A stretch of DNA of 64,000 nt from Eledone cirrhosa. Taxonomy: Eukaryota. The DNA is taken from contig OZ024744.1 in NCBI GenBank assembly GCA_964016885.1, positions 75,330,001 to 75,394,000 of the forward strand, given 5' to 3'. The notes under the pieces were generated by a model. That model made no database searches. It was not told the DNA's origin and saw only the letters and a list, made by a program, of their open reading frames with translations. Shown piece after piece: positions 36,200 through 49,189 of the stretch. A program made the position numbers and the translations under genes. Positions within the stretch are counted from its first letter, which is position 1. The number at the start of each line of letters is the position of its first letter.

Positions 36200-38700
36200 A
36201 GACATCGGACCACCTTCAGACCCTCAGAGAGTGAACAGGTGGGCACACCAGTAGCCCCAGTGTGATGTGACAGCTATGACTAGGCTATCACACCAGCAAC
36301 GTCGGACTAGTTTCATTTAAATTAAGAGAAGAAGCACCCAGACAAAAGAAAAGTACCTTTAATGTCTGCATATACAACACACGTACCACCAATGACCGTA
36401 ATACCAACTCTCTTGAGACAATGATGTATAAACTTGAGAAAGTAAACTGGGATATTATCGGACTATCAGAGGCTAAATCAAACGAAAACAAAATAAAGAT
36501 TAACCAAGATACCTGACACCATATTTATCTATCAAACAATGTGACTCGACGCATGAATGGAGTACGTTTCTTGGTGAACATAAAGTGCGAATCATTAGTA
36601 CACAACTATGGACCTATATCAGACAGACTAACTGTTCTGAGCTTGAAAAGTAAGTTTTGTAAACTCGTACTTATCCAGTGCTACTTTCCGACATCTACAC
36701 ATCCAGATGAAGAAATCAATGAGTTATATGACAATATACTGACCATTATAGATAAGACACCAAAGAGAGATCACCTCTTTCTGATGGGTGACTTTAACAG
36801 TAAAGCTGGGAAACCGAATCAATCATTCCCATCAAGTATTGGGAAATATAGCATAAGTACATTTAACTCGAGAAGCGAGCTTCTAGCCGAATTTTGTCCG
36901 AAGAACAATATGCAGATCACCAATACAATATTTCAAAAGTAAAGCCTGTTCACTTGGATATCACCAGACAGTATAACTAAGAATCAAATAGACTTTATAA
37001 TATCAAGAACGTTCAGAAAGACTAAGCATATTAAACAGCACTGCTCTTAACATTCCTGATATATCTGACCATGGAATGGGGCGAACGGAAATACCATCGA
37101 AAGTTAACTTCGACAAACTCTCATGTAACGAAACAGCAAGCCGATTTAAACTCGAGTTGCAAAACCGCTTTTCAGCTTTGCAATCTGATGAAGACACCGA
37201 CAAGATTTATGATACTATCTGCAGAGACCTAAAAGAGGTATCTGAAGAGATTATACCTAAGGAAAGCCTTTCCGTTCCGCAGTGGATGTCACAACAAACA
37301 AAGAAAGCAATATCTGAAAAACAAAGAATCAAAAGAGAATCTGGCCAATAAAGAATAGCAAAGGCTGAATCCAAAAAACATATTAAATCAGACAAACTTA
37401 AGCAAATGTACAACATTGATGAGCTGAATAATCTACCACCCAACAGGTTATATCATGCTGTTCCGAAGAAACTAAAGACTAAACCAAGAAATCTTAGCTG
37501 GGGCATTAAATATTCGCACGATACTATCCTTACTTCCAGAGGTGATATCCTTTAACGCTGGGCTAAATTCTATTAAGAACTGTACTTCAGAAACTTAGAA
37601 CCAACAACCATTCATGATTCGACATCAGATGCTATTCCATCTATCCTAGCTAGCGAGATATCTCATGCCATCAACAATTTGAAGCTAGGAAAAAGCACTG
37701 GACTGGACAACATATACTCAGAATTCATCAAAGCTGGAGGTGAACCAATTATCAAAGCACTTCAACATATTTTTACCTGTATTATCACTACAGGAAAAAG
37801 CCCAGACATGTTCAAGAAAGCATTGATAGTTGTACTCTACAAAAAAGGTAACAGACTTGATTGTGATAACTATCACCCTATCAGCTTACTGAGACATGTT
37901 TACAAGCTTTTCATGAGTATCATTGCATACGAGTGAAGTCAGACCTTTACGCCTCATTTCCTGAAACACAAGCTGCGTATCAACCTGGAAGGGGCACCAT
38001 AGCAGATCCTAGCTATTGGGCAAATCATTGAGAAATCAATAGAATTCAACAACCCTGTGCACATCTCCTTCATTGACTTCACAAACAACGTGAAACTACT
38101 CAGCTTGTGGCAACTCTTAAACAAAAAATACATCAACCTATTGAAAGAAACTTACACCAACTCAACAGCATATATCAAAAACGATTTGGGAACTAGGCGG
38201 TGTATAGATATCTTGAGGGGAGTTAAGCAGGGGGGTGTACTATCAGCACTACTTTTCTGTATAGTTATAGCTGCACTTATTTACTAAACTGAAGAAGAAT
38301 GCTCCTCTGGCTTTCAAATAGGCGGTAAAATCCTATCAAATCTTAGCTATGCAGACGATCTGGCCACCATGAGTTACTCTAGAACTGATCTGCAAATCTT
38401 TCTTAATGTACTGGCCAAACATCCCCTAGAGGCTGGCTTACACATCAACATCCCCAAAACAAAGTGTATGACAACTGATAAAAACAATGCCAATCTTCAA
38501 CTCAAAATCTACAACCAGCAAATTGCTGAAGTTACGGAGGTTTGTATATCTCGGCCACAAAATATCATCAAACAACAAAGGAATGGTCACTGTGCAGTAT
38601 CACATCATTCTAAATTTGGCAGCTTTCAACAGTAACAAGGAAGTCCTAATATCAAAACGAGTTTCCTATCATTTGAAGGCTAAGATCTTCGATACGTTTA
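36200..38700 (+). mobile_element. RTE-like LINE remnant (APE + RT), many stops
   Basis: YNTRT, WDIIGLSE, QCYFPT, MGDFNSK, NQIDFI, SDH; KSTGLDNI, NYHPISLL, GVKQGGVLS, YADD at ~38348. Confidence 0.85.
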
Positions 38701-38726
38701 GCGTCTGTATATATATATATATATTT

Positions 38727-38850
38727 TGGCTCTGAAGAAGGTACTGAATCATGCGCTTATTTTCACTGTACGATTATCGATTTATGGATCGGTAATTATA
38801 TCCTCCATGTACAAATTAATGATTCGGTTTCCGAAACAAGTAGTCAGCCA
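38727..38850 (+). ncRNA. Putative minimal type I hammerhead ribozyme with long stem II (Penelope-like pLTR)
   Basis: TGGCT-CTGAAGA-A-GG.ACTGAATCAT...ATGATTCGGT..CC-GAAAC-aagta-GTC-AGCCA; stem I 5 bp, GUC triplet. Confidence 0.7.
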
Positions 38851-39070
38851 GTAAATATATGTATTCACAAATTTGTTGTTGTTTTCTCTGACATTCATGC
38901 TTTTTAGCTCTGCATATAATAATTTTGCTAGACATATTTTCTTCGAATTACTCGCTTTGTTCGCTTGCCTTGCAAACTATACGCATCGAGCACATTAACC
39001 CTCTTTCTATTAGCTTATGATCTTCTTAACTAATCACGTATCTCTCCTCTTTGATTGGTTTGCTTGCTTA

Positions 39071-39332
<262 letters not shown>

Positions 39333-39399
39333 GGGGCGGCGTAAGTGTGTGTGTATGAATAAAAAGTGACAATGGCGCTGTGTGGTTACTATTAAATAT

Positions 39400-39896
39400 A
39401 TTAGAAAACGTAAGAGAAACACAAACATTAGGACAATTCCCGGACTTCGGCGGTCTGCTGTGAATAGCTGATGTTTTGACGAATTAAAGACAGTACATCT
39501 GACCACGGTGCGTTAATAACTAACAATAATAGTTATTAGGGAAGAAAACGGCCCCCTAAAAAAACAGAGACAATAGCGAAGAGAACGACAAAAAAAGAAA
39601 ATAAACGGAAGAAAATCATACCGATAGAGAGGGGGAAACATGAGATAGTAGTACATGTAAGTTGCAGTAACCAAAGCGAGAGAGGGGGAAGTTAAAAAAG
39701 GAAACTGAACGTAAGTCTTGAATCCGTATTAACAACACGAGGGAAAGTGAAGAAAGAAACGTCTGATCATAGCGAGAACAGGCGCAAAGAGTGTGGTGAG
39801 ATGTATTTCTTTAATGCGTCGAAACATCAGCGACCCATAGCAGACAGCCGAAGAGCGGCAATTATCGTTCTGTTTGAGTTTCTCTTACGTTTTCTA

Positions 39897-39898
<2 letters not shown>
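39400..39898. repeat. Diverged inverted repeat (39400-39490 vs 39808-39898) between (TA)n tracts
   Basis: ttagaaaacgtaagagaaac... vs ...gtttctcttacgttttctaa. Confidence 0.75.
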
Positions 39899-39959
<61 letters not shown>

Positions 39960-39964
<5 letters not shown>

Positions 39965-40152
39965 CGAAGGAAATGTGGTAAGGAACCAGGTGGACCATAA
40001 AGCACCAGAGTACTCAATACTTAGGGTAGTAGAGTGGGTAATAGGAAAATGTTCAAGACCTCGACGGCAGAGCTCGAGCCGTTTCGACGGCTATTTCTGG
40101 ACTGACTCAAAACGGCTCGAGCTCTGCCGTCGGGGTCTTTAACATTTTCCTA
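39960..40152. mobile_element. (TA)n-embedded foldback repeat family, copy 1
   Basis: ataacgaaggaaatgtggtaaggaacc...gacggcagagctcgagccgtttcgacggctatttctggac then inverted arm; other copies at 48195-48390, 51995-52085, 58367-58570. Confidence 0.8.
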
Positions 40153-40169
40153 AATATATATATATATAT

Positions 40170-41001
<832 letters not shown>

Positions 41002-41419
41002 TAATAACTAAAACAGCAGTGGTAAGAAAAACGGAGAAAAAACACTTAATTAAAAATTAAGATACGTGTCATAGAAGACTGTGCATTATTCTCTTATCGT
41101 TTTGCCTATATACTGAGATCTTTACAGAAGAATTGAGAGTAGTATCAATAGGAAGTATAAATATCAACAATTTTAGATATACAAACTAAACTGTTTTATC
41201 AAATTTCCACAAAGATGACCTACAGGAACTTCAAACCTTCAAACTACTGTAAATAACAAAATAATTCCCTATAACAATTAAGAGTAATCCAATTGTTCAG
41301 GCAGCAAAGATAATGAACCTTGTATGTACAGCCAGAAAACTGGAAATGCGAAAGTAGAAATTGAAAGAAGGATTGAAGTGAAAGAAGTAATTTATTTGAA
41401 AATATAATATACATTAACT

Positions 41420-41745
41420 TTAATATCAAAATCAGAAGAAAAAAATGTTTTTAACATGTTATTATATATTGCTCACTCCACATGACCAAAAGTATTATGA
41501 CATTAACAGAAATATTATCAAATAGATTAGAAGCCTTTGAGACGCAGGCATATAGAAGACTTATGAGAATATCACGTGCATAGCACAAAACCAATAATGG
41601 AATAATGAAAAATGGCAAAAACTAAAAAAAATATATATATTAGACACCATCAAAGACAGAAAACTAAGACATTTTGAAAATTTAATCAGAAGAAACGGTT
41701 TACAGATATTATTAATATGAAGCAAAATGAACAGGAATAGAAAAA
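41420..41745 (+). mobile_element. RTE-like LINE ORF2 3' remnant
   Basis: Reads NRLEAFETQAYRRLMRIS..HKTN and TIKDRKLRHF, typical post-RT region. Confidence 0.6.
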
Positions 41746-41885
41746 CTAAGAGTTATGTGGATGAATAATATAATATGAAGAATTGTACAGAATTAACATT
41801 AAAATATAGTGAATACGTAAGTTCAGTAGAAGAAAGATTGAAATAGCGATACATGCTTTTTGGTCTGCTGTGAACAGAGGATATT

Positions 41886-42380
41886 TGATGATGATGATGA
41901 TGATGATGGTGGTGACGATGATGATGATGGTGGTGGTGATGATGACGATGGTGGTGGTGATGATGACGATGATGATGACGATGATGATGGTGGTGGTGGT
42001 GGTGGTGATGATGATGATGGTGGTGGTGATGATGATGATGATAATGATGTTGACGATGATGACGATGATGACGATGATGGTGGTGGTGATGATGGTGGTG
42101 ATGATGGTGGTGGTGGTGGTGGTGGTGGTGGTGATGATGATGATGGTGATGATGGTGATGATGATAGTGATAATGATGATGATGATGATGACGATGATGA
42201 TGGTGATGATGGTGATGATGGTGATGATGACGGTGGTGGTGGTGATGATGATGATAGTGGTCGTGGTGGTGGTGGTGATGATGATGATGATGATGATGGT
42301 GGTGATGACGATGATGACGATAATGGTGGTGATGGTGATGATGATGATGATGATGACAATGATGACGATGATGGTGGTGG

Positions 42381-42426
<46 letters not shown>

Positions 42427-42478
42427 GGTGATGATGGTGATGGTCATGATGGTCATGATGATGATGATGGTCATGATG

Positions 42479-42510
<32 letters not shown>

Positions 42511-42581
42511 GGTGGTGGTGATGGTGATGATGATGGTGGTGATGATGGTGATGATGATGATGATGATGGTGGTGGTGATGG

Positions 42582-42631
<50 letters not shown>

Positions 42632-42796
42632 GTGGTGATGGTGATGATGATGGTGGTGATGATGGTGGTGGTGGTGATGGTGATGATGGTGAGGATGGTG
42701 AGGATGGTGGTGGTGATGATGATGATGGTGATGATGGTCATGATGATGATGATGATGATGATGGTGGTGGTGATGATGATGATGGTGATGATGGTC

Positions 42797-42829
<33 letters not shown>

Positions 42830-42926
42830 GGTGTGATGGTGATGATGATGGTGATGATGATGGTCATGATGATGATGATGATGATGATGATGGGTGTGAT
42901 GGTGATGATGATGGTGATGATGATGG

Positions 42927-42970
<44 letters not shown>

Positions 42971-42978
42971 ATGGTGGA

Positions 42979-43015
<37 letters not shown>

Positions 43016-43070
43016 GTGATGGTGATGGTGATGATGACGACGACGATAATGACATCGACGAGGATGTTTC
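41886..43070. repeat. Compound (GAT)/(GGT) trinucleotide array, ~1.2 kb
   Basis: Direct reading; source of spurious poly-D/H/M/I ORFs. Confidence 0.97.
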
Positions 43071-43399
43071 ATGAGTTTATCGTAACAAGATACAGAGATA
43101 TGTTTTATACTTTTTTTCCATGTAGCGAGTATGAATTAATCAAAACTAGTTCTTGATGTGCACCTACGACATTGTTAAATTATAGATTGATAGTTACTTG
43201 ATCTTCTCTATATGAGAAAAGTTCAGGTAGAAATTAGTACACTAGGGGGAAAGGTTTACATAGCGGTGAAACTAGAAACTCTTTAAAAAAAAAAAATGAA
43301 TGAATCGAGAGATTCATTTTAAATAATACTGGAAACCAAAATGAAAACCAACAGTGTCTCAAAATGTAGGATAAAGTGTAGGACAAAATATATCTTATT

Positions 43400-43950
43400 T
43401 AGTTACACAAAATCAATACTTTAGTCACAAGTACGCTATAAGATTAAAACAAAAAAGAAAAATTGACTTCAAATATGGGCTATATAATCAACATGAAGAA
43501 GTAATCAACCATCGTAATTCAAGCTGCCTACTCTCTTCAAAGAGAGAATATATACACAAACCTGACAAGGTAGTGAGGTATATCTATTGGGCAATATACA
43601 GAACTGTCACATCAAAACTAAAAAATATATACACTAAGCACGCAGCAAATCCGGTATGTGTCAATGACACGTCTGCAAAACTCTACGACATGTCTTTCCA
43701 GGTTGACAAGAAGATCAAAAGAAATCAGCTACCAACTATCAAAGACAAGAGGAAATTCTGTATACTCTGATAAACGTCTCGATCCCTTCCCAGCAAAACA
43801 TCACCCAGAATGATGTCGAAAAGCTTTGTAAGAACGGGAATGTCGAACTACAAACAATCAAGTTTCAGGCCGGTTTGAGCATAATAATTGGGTAACAATA
43901 ATAATTGGGTAACAATAATAATTGGGTAACAATAATAATTGGGACACAGT
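43400..43950 (+). mobile_element. Old R4/Dong-type RLE-domain remnant
   Basis: DKVVRYIYWAI...LYDMSFQVDKKIKRNQ parallels HDRAAQYIHWIM...LWNFSIQTDRKIDANRP; ends with 4x ataattgggtaacaata repeat. Confidence 0.6.
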
Positions 43951-44094
43951 GTATATTATTAAAAAAATTGAAAAACAAAACATAAAAATGACACTAATGG
44001 TTACAAATTTACACTAAGTCTAATACATAATTCTATTAGAAACCCTAACATAGTAACACAACTTACAAAACACATCCTACGTTTTCAGTCAACA

Positions 44095-44270
44095 TAATGG
44101 TTTCTGATTTAGGGACAAGGCCAACAATTTTGTGGCGATAGGAAAGTTAATTAAACTGACCCTAGTGCGTTATTCGTACTTTATTTTATCGACTCCGTAA
44201 GGATGAAAGGCAAAGCTAACATCGGTGGGATTTGAACTCAGAACGTAAAGGGGCGTAACTATATGCCGAA
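44095..44270 (-). mobile_element. SINE, long-tail variant
   Basis: Reverse complement of family with box B and central domain. Confidence 0.85.
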
Positions 44271-44845
44271 AACCCAATAACATAATACAACTTACAAAGA
44301 CCTTACAAAATACACAGAGTCGGTAGTCGATTGTGTAGAATATGAGTTGAATTATAGTATTGTGAGGTGATGTAAAATGTGTTGTGTGAGATGTGTTACA
44401 GTATTAAGAAATGTTTGATTCAAATGTGTATTATGTAAGTCAGATGATCTCCCAGGGAGCGTTGAGAAAGTCTGGGGAGCGCTAGTGCCTAAGGGGCTGG
44501 TAGAGATGATATAATAGTATATTTTTTATGGTACAAGTTTCACACAGTATGATCCTAAAATATAGCATAATTTATACTGTACATATTCTACAAAATTACC
44601 TCGCATGACACGTTTTTCACAACCACTTTCCAATATTATATCAAAAATTACAAAGTACAGTTACAACACAATCAGCTGTTATGGTAACACACCTTACACA
44701 AAAACTACTACACACAGCCACCTTTAATAATCTAACACAATTTACATAACATATTTTACATAATCGCCTCCCAATACTGTAAGAAAATTTCACAATCATA
44801 TCCTACACTTTCCATTAAAATCTTAGATCGCTCTAACTGTAGAAG

Positions 44846-45448
44846 CAGACCTGTCAACTCTCCACGTTCGACGGAGAGATCTCCTACCCACTTTTGGGTG
44901 GGTGAGAGATGTCTTCTCTTGTAAAAATGGGTATAGCTTTAATTATGTAAAATCTCCCCATTTTGCCTCATTTCTCTCCGTTTCGGTTTTTAGAGGTTGG
45001 CATGTCTGTGCAAGAGCTACTAACTAAATCTCACAAACTGTATTTTTCTGTTTTAAAAATAAAAATGAATTATCCTGTGTTTTTGCTATATGGAGTCCTG
45101 CATATAGCAAAGAGTGTGATGATTACGGCTAGAATGCCCATGGAAAGAGATCAGTTGTATAAAGGCTGAAATAGAAATTAAACAAGAGTTGCATGTTGGA
45201 GTATAGAAAAGTGTTGCATATTTAAACTATTCTATTTATAGATTGTATTTGCAAAATGTGTGTTAGCTTGCCGCTTTCTTTGATTGTAAATGAAATTATC
45301 AATTGGGTTTTTTACGAATATAATCAAGCGCTCTCGTAATTCTAAATAGAAATGTAAATTTATCTGTATAGAGAAGGTATAGATTTTAAAGTAGATATTC
45401 AAAGTGGGTGGGGACCTCCCTGTCGGACGGTGAGAGTTGACATGTCTG
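44846..45448. mobile_element. hAT-like MITE(s) with CAGAC(C/A)TG(T/C)CAAC terminal inverted repeats
   Basis: Left cagacctgtcaactctc; right-end matches at ~45008 (gttggcatgtctg) and ~45448 (gagagttgacatgtctg); no clean TSD. Confidence 0.55.
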
Positions 45449-46230
45449 ATAAAAGGCAATGCTAACCTCGGCGGGATTTCAACTGAAAACGTAAAGGGCC
45501 ATAACTCTATGCCACGAAGAATGTTGTCCGATGCTCTACCGATTCTGCTAATCCACCACTCTTTAATAATTGTTTCTACTTTTGGCACAAGGCCAGCAAA
45601 TACCCAGTGTATTACTGGTACTTTATTTTATAGACCCAATAAGGATGAAAGGCAAAGTTAACCTCGGCGGTTTAATAATGATTTCTGATTTAGGCGCAAG
45701 GCCAACAATTATTGGGGAGCGATAAGTCGTTTAAATCGAGCCCTGTGGGTGACTGGTACTTTTTATCGACTCCGTGAGGATGAAAGACAAAGCTAACCTC
45801 GGCGGATTTGAACTTATAATATAAAGGGCCGTAACTCTATGCCACGAAGCATGTTTTTCGACGCTCTACCGATTCTGCCAATCCACCGTCCTTTAATAAT
45901 TGTTTCTACTTTAGGCACAAGGCCAGCAATTACTCCCAGTGCATTACTGGTACTTATTTTATCGACCCCGTAAGGATGAAAGGCAAAGTTAACCTTGCCG
46001 GGATTTGAACTCAGATCATAAAGGGCCATAACTCTTTTAATAATAATGGTTTCTACTTCTGGCACAAGGCCAACAAATACCCAGTGCATTACTGGTACTT
46101 TATTTTATCGACCCCGTAAGGATGAAAGGCAAAGTTAACCTCGGCGGGATCTGAACTCAGAATGGAAAGGGCCGTAACTCTTTGCTACAAAGCATGGCGT
46201 CAGACCCTCTACCGATACTTCCAATCCACC
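45449..46230 (-). mobile_element. Tandem head-to-tail array of about five SINE copies
   Basis: Repeated box B/central domain/tail units joined at short TAA tracts (~45565, 45675, 45895, 46040). Confidence 0.9.
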
Positions 46231-46369
46231 ATATCACACTAGAAATGTTGTTACTCACATGTGAAATGTGAAATAATCGACTTTTCTTTTTGCGTGTACA
46301 CGCATATATGCTTATGTGGACACGCATATATGCAACAACGACATACACGTATACACAAAAAATAGCAGC

Positions 46370-46656
46370 TAGGGTTGCATTTAGATATTGGGGGTCTCGG
46401 GTCACTTCAGATTTGGGGAGAAGGGGCTCCCTGAAACAAAAAAAAAATAGGATACGCAGCAACCCAACACCCCCACCCCCCAATTTTACATATGAAAGTT
46501 AGCTTGGCGCAAGGAGTGAAAAGTTATACATACAGGTATTAAATTAAAAAATTCTAACCATCCTAAAACTAAAATCCCCAGCTGAGAGCACAAATAAATT
46601 GCTGCGACCGTCGCTGATGAGGGCCATCTTTTCCCCCCTTATTAAATACGGCCCTG
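46370..46656. mobile_element. hAT-type MITE
   Basis: 8-bp TSD ATAGCAGC (46362-46369, 46657-46664); imperfect TIR TAGGGTTGCATTTA / CAGGGCCGTATTTA. Confidence 0.75.
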
Positions 46657-47101
46657 ATAGCAGCCACATAAATGCATACTTTATGTATCAGCTTTCAACC
46701 TGCTAGAAATAGAATAACAGACACTATGTCTGCCAAAAGATAAGATGGTTATGGTTTTAATTATAGCACGTCACTGATCAATATCACCCATGATTATAAC
46801 GTTCAAGCCATGACAATTTCATCTTTTCCCCATTTTTAATATGTCTATTTACTCTTGCGTGTAGCCTATTAAAAACAAACATGAAATATAATAGATGTCT
46901 ATAGAATCACATAATGTATTTAAGACAAAATTATATAATCTGCACTTTCTTTTTAATATAACAGTGTGTGATATGAGGAAAATATGATTGCTATTCTCGC
47001 AGACCGATCTTTTACGTAGAGATACTAAAGATGTGTACAGGTAATTGAAAAAGTCTCCTTAAGCAGGACTAAAGGCATGTGTAAACCCTTATACATTACG
47101 C

Positions 47102-47477
47102 TATGGGTTTCCAACCTTTTTTTGCGTCATCGCTCTCTCTCACATGGAACATTTTTTCTCCGCCCACCTGCAAAGAAAATTATCAAAAGCATACCAAAAG
47201 TGTTTGGTAAGAATGTGTTACTGTTTCCTTATTCCAATTTAGTTTCTTGTTTTTGTTTTTTCTTTTGTTGTTTTTTTCTTTTTCTTATAAAGGTTCTTTG
47301 CAGTCTTTCGAATATTTATTATGAGAGAGCATATGCTGAAATAGCTTCTTAATACTCAAAATTATATATCACCCAAAATTTCCAATCAGCCACTATTTTC
47401 TGTCCAGTTGCTCATCGCCCACCCAACAATTGAAATCGCCACCCGGTAGGCGATATTGCCCAGGTTGGGAAACCCTG
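47102..47477. mobile_element. hAT-type MITE
   Basis: TIR ..GGGTTTCCAACCT / AGGTTGGGAAACCCTG; TSD CATTACG(C/T). Confidence 0.75.
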
Positions 47478-48111
47478 CATTACGTTTTTCTACAATAAAC
47501 GTATATGAGTATTTCAAGCTGTGTATATGCATTTCAGAATTATTATTCATCATCAACAAATGCCTAATTACAAAGAAACTAACGTAAATATGATATGATC
47601 ACAACTTAGAATACAGCTGGACTATATATATATATTTTTATTATAAATAAACATATTGTGTACAATTTCCATCTACACATTTATTCTGAATCACGCTGCG
47701 TTAGTTCTATCGCTAATCAGGTAGGGTTGTGTTGACCAGCCCACCAACACAACCATCACTACGACTACAGTCGGCATGACCACCACTAGCCTATCCCCAC
47801 TATCAATACAAGCATCACCACCCACGTGTCACTTTCTAAAAGTCCAGATGTCTCTTTACCCTCTCAGCGTCCTTCCTGTGATCAGCAGCCGTTCACGTCA
47901 CGGGTGAACATCCTTTGACCTTGCTCCCACTTTATGAATGCGTAGGGGGTTTCCACTTGAAGAATCTATCACATACATATATATATACATACACCATTAA
48001 TTTCTTCCACATACTTATAAACGCAAACACACTCTAATATACACACAAACACAAACTCACACACAAAACAAACACACACATATATGTATATACACAGAGA
48101 GATATAGATAA

Positions 48112-48175
<64 letters not shown>

Positions 48176-48194
48176 GTGTGTATATATATATATA

Positions 48195-48383
48195 TATAAC
48201 GAAGGAAGTGTGGTAAGGAACCAGATGGACCATAACGCACCAGAGTACTCAATACTTAGGGTAGTAGAATGGGTAATAGGAAAATGTTTAAACATGACGG
48301 CAGGGCTCCAGCCATTTCGCCGGCTATTTCTGGACAGAAATAGCCGTCGAACCGGCTTGAGCTCTGCCGTCGGGATTAGACAT

Positions 48384-48390
<7 letters not shown>
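48195..48390. mobile_element. (TA)n-embedded foldback repeat family, copy 2
   Basis: Near-identical to 39960-40152; folds back at ctggac. Confidence 0.8.
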
Positions 48391-48464
<74 letters not shown>

Positions 48465-48541
48465 CTCCCCCACTCTCAAGAGCTTGAACCTAATAAACTT
48501 TTATTTGTACTGCCTCTCTGTTTTTGTTCCCGTCCAAGTTT

Positions 48542-48667
<126 letters not shown>

Positions 48668-48717
48668 GAGCGAGAGAGTTGGATTGGAAATACCATGGCA
48701 ATATACATATATATATA

Positions 48718-48948
48718 CAGTGTGTGCAGAAAGTCTTTTCCTGATCATAAAATACCATATCTCAAATACTATTTCAGATTTTACTTTTTCATTGTTTTGA
48801 TTTATAAATTTCAAGTGTAAAGTTTTTCTGAACATGTTTTACATATTCTCTTCTACAGGAAGTTGTTGTCATTTTCAATAACAAAATACCATCTATGAAA
48901 CAAAAAGCTCAGTGTGTTTTGTGGTTTCTAACACTTATACTCACCCTG
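48718..48948 (+). mobile_element. Tc1/mariner deletion derivative
   Basis: TA|CAGTGTGTG ... CTCACCCTG|TA; internal QKAQCVLWF resembles a mariner-type transposase N-terminus. Confidence 0.6.
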
Positions 48949-49189
48949 TATTTAATACATAGAAGGTTTTTCAAATATTGATGATATTAGATAGCAAGTG
49001 AAAATAAGTATACAGGTAGACTCAGAGAAAGTTGTATTAAGCAACTGAAAAATCTGGCAGAGTTAATTATTACTGTTGTGTGCAGCCATACAATTATCAG
49101 ACGCTAATATAGTACTTATGTAGATAAACTTAATATCGAAATACTAAGCAAACATCAAGTTCTAGAAAATCAAACTTTCCTGTTGTTGT

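Noticed and set aside
41746-43156. Long ORFs of 370-440 aa (poly-His, poly-Asp/Gly, poly-Met/Val)
   Set aside because: Artefacts of a stop-free trinucleotide array; open in several frames on both strands.
43880-43945. CRISPR-like short direct repeats
   Set aside because: Contiguous 17-bp tandem units with no spacers, in eukaryotic repeat context.
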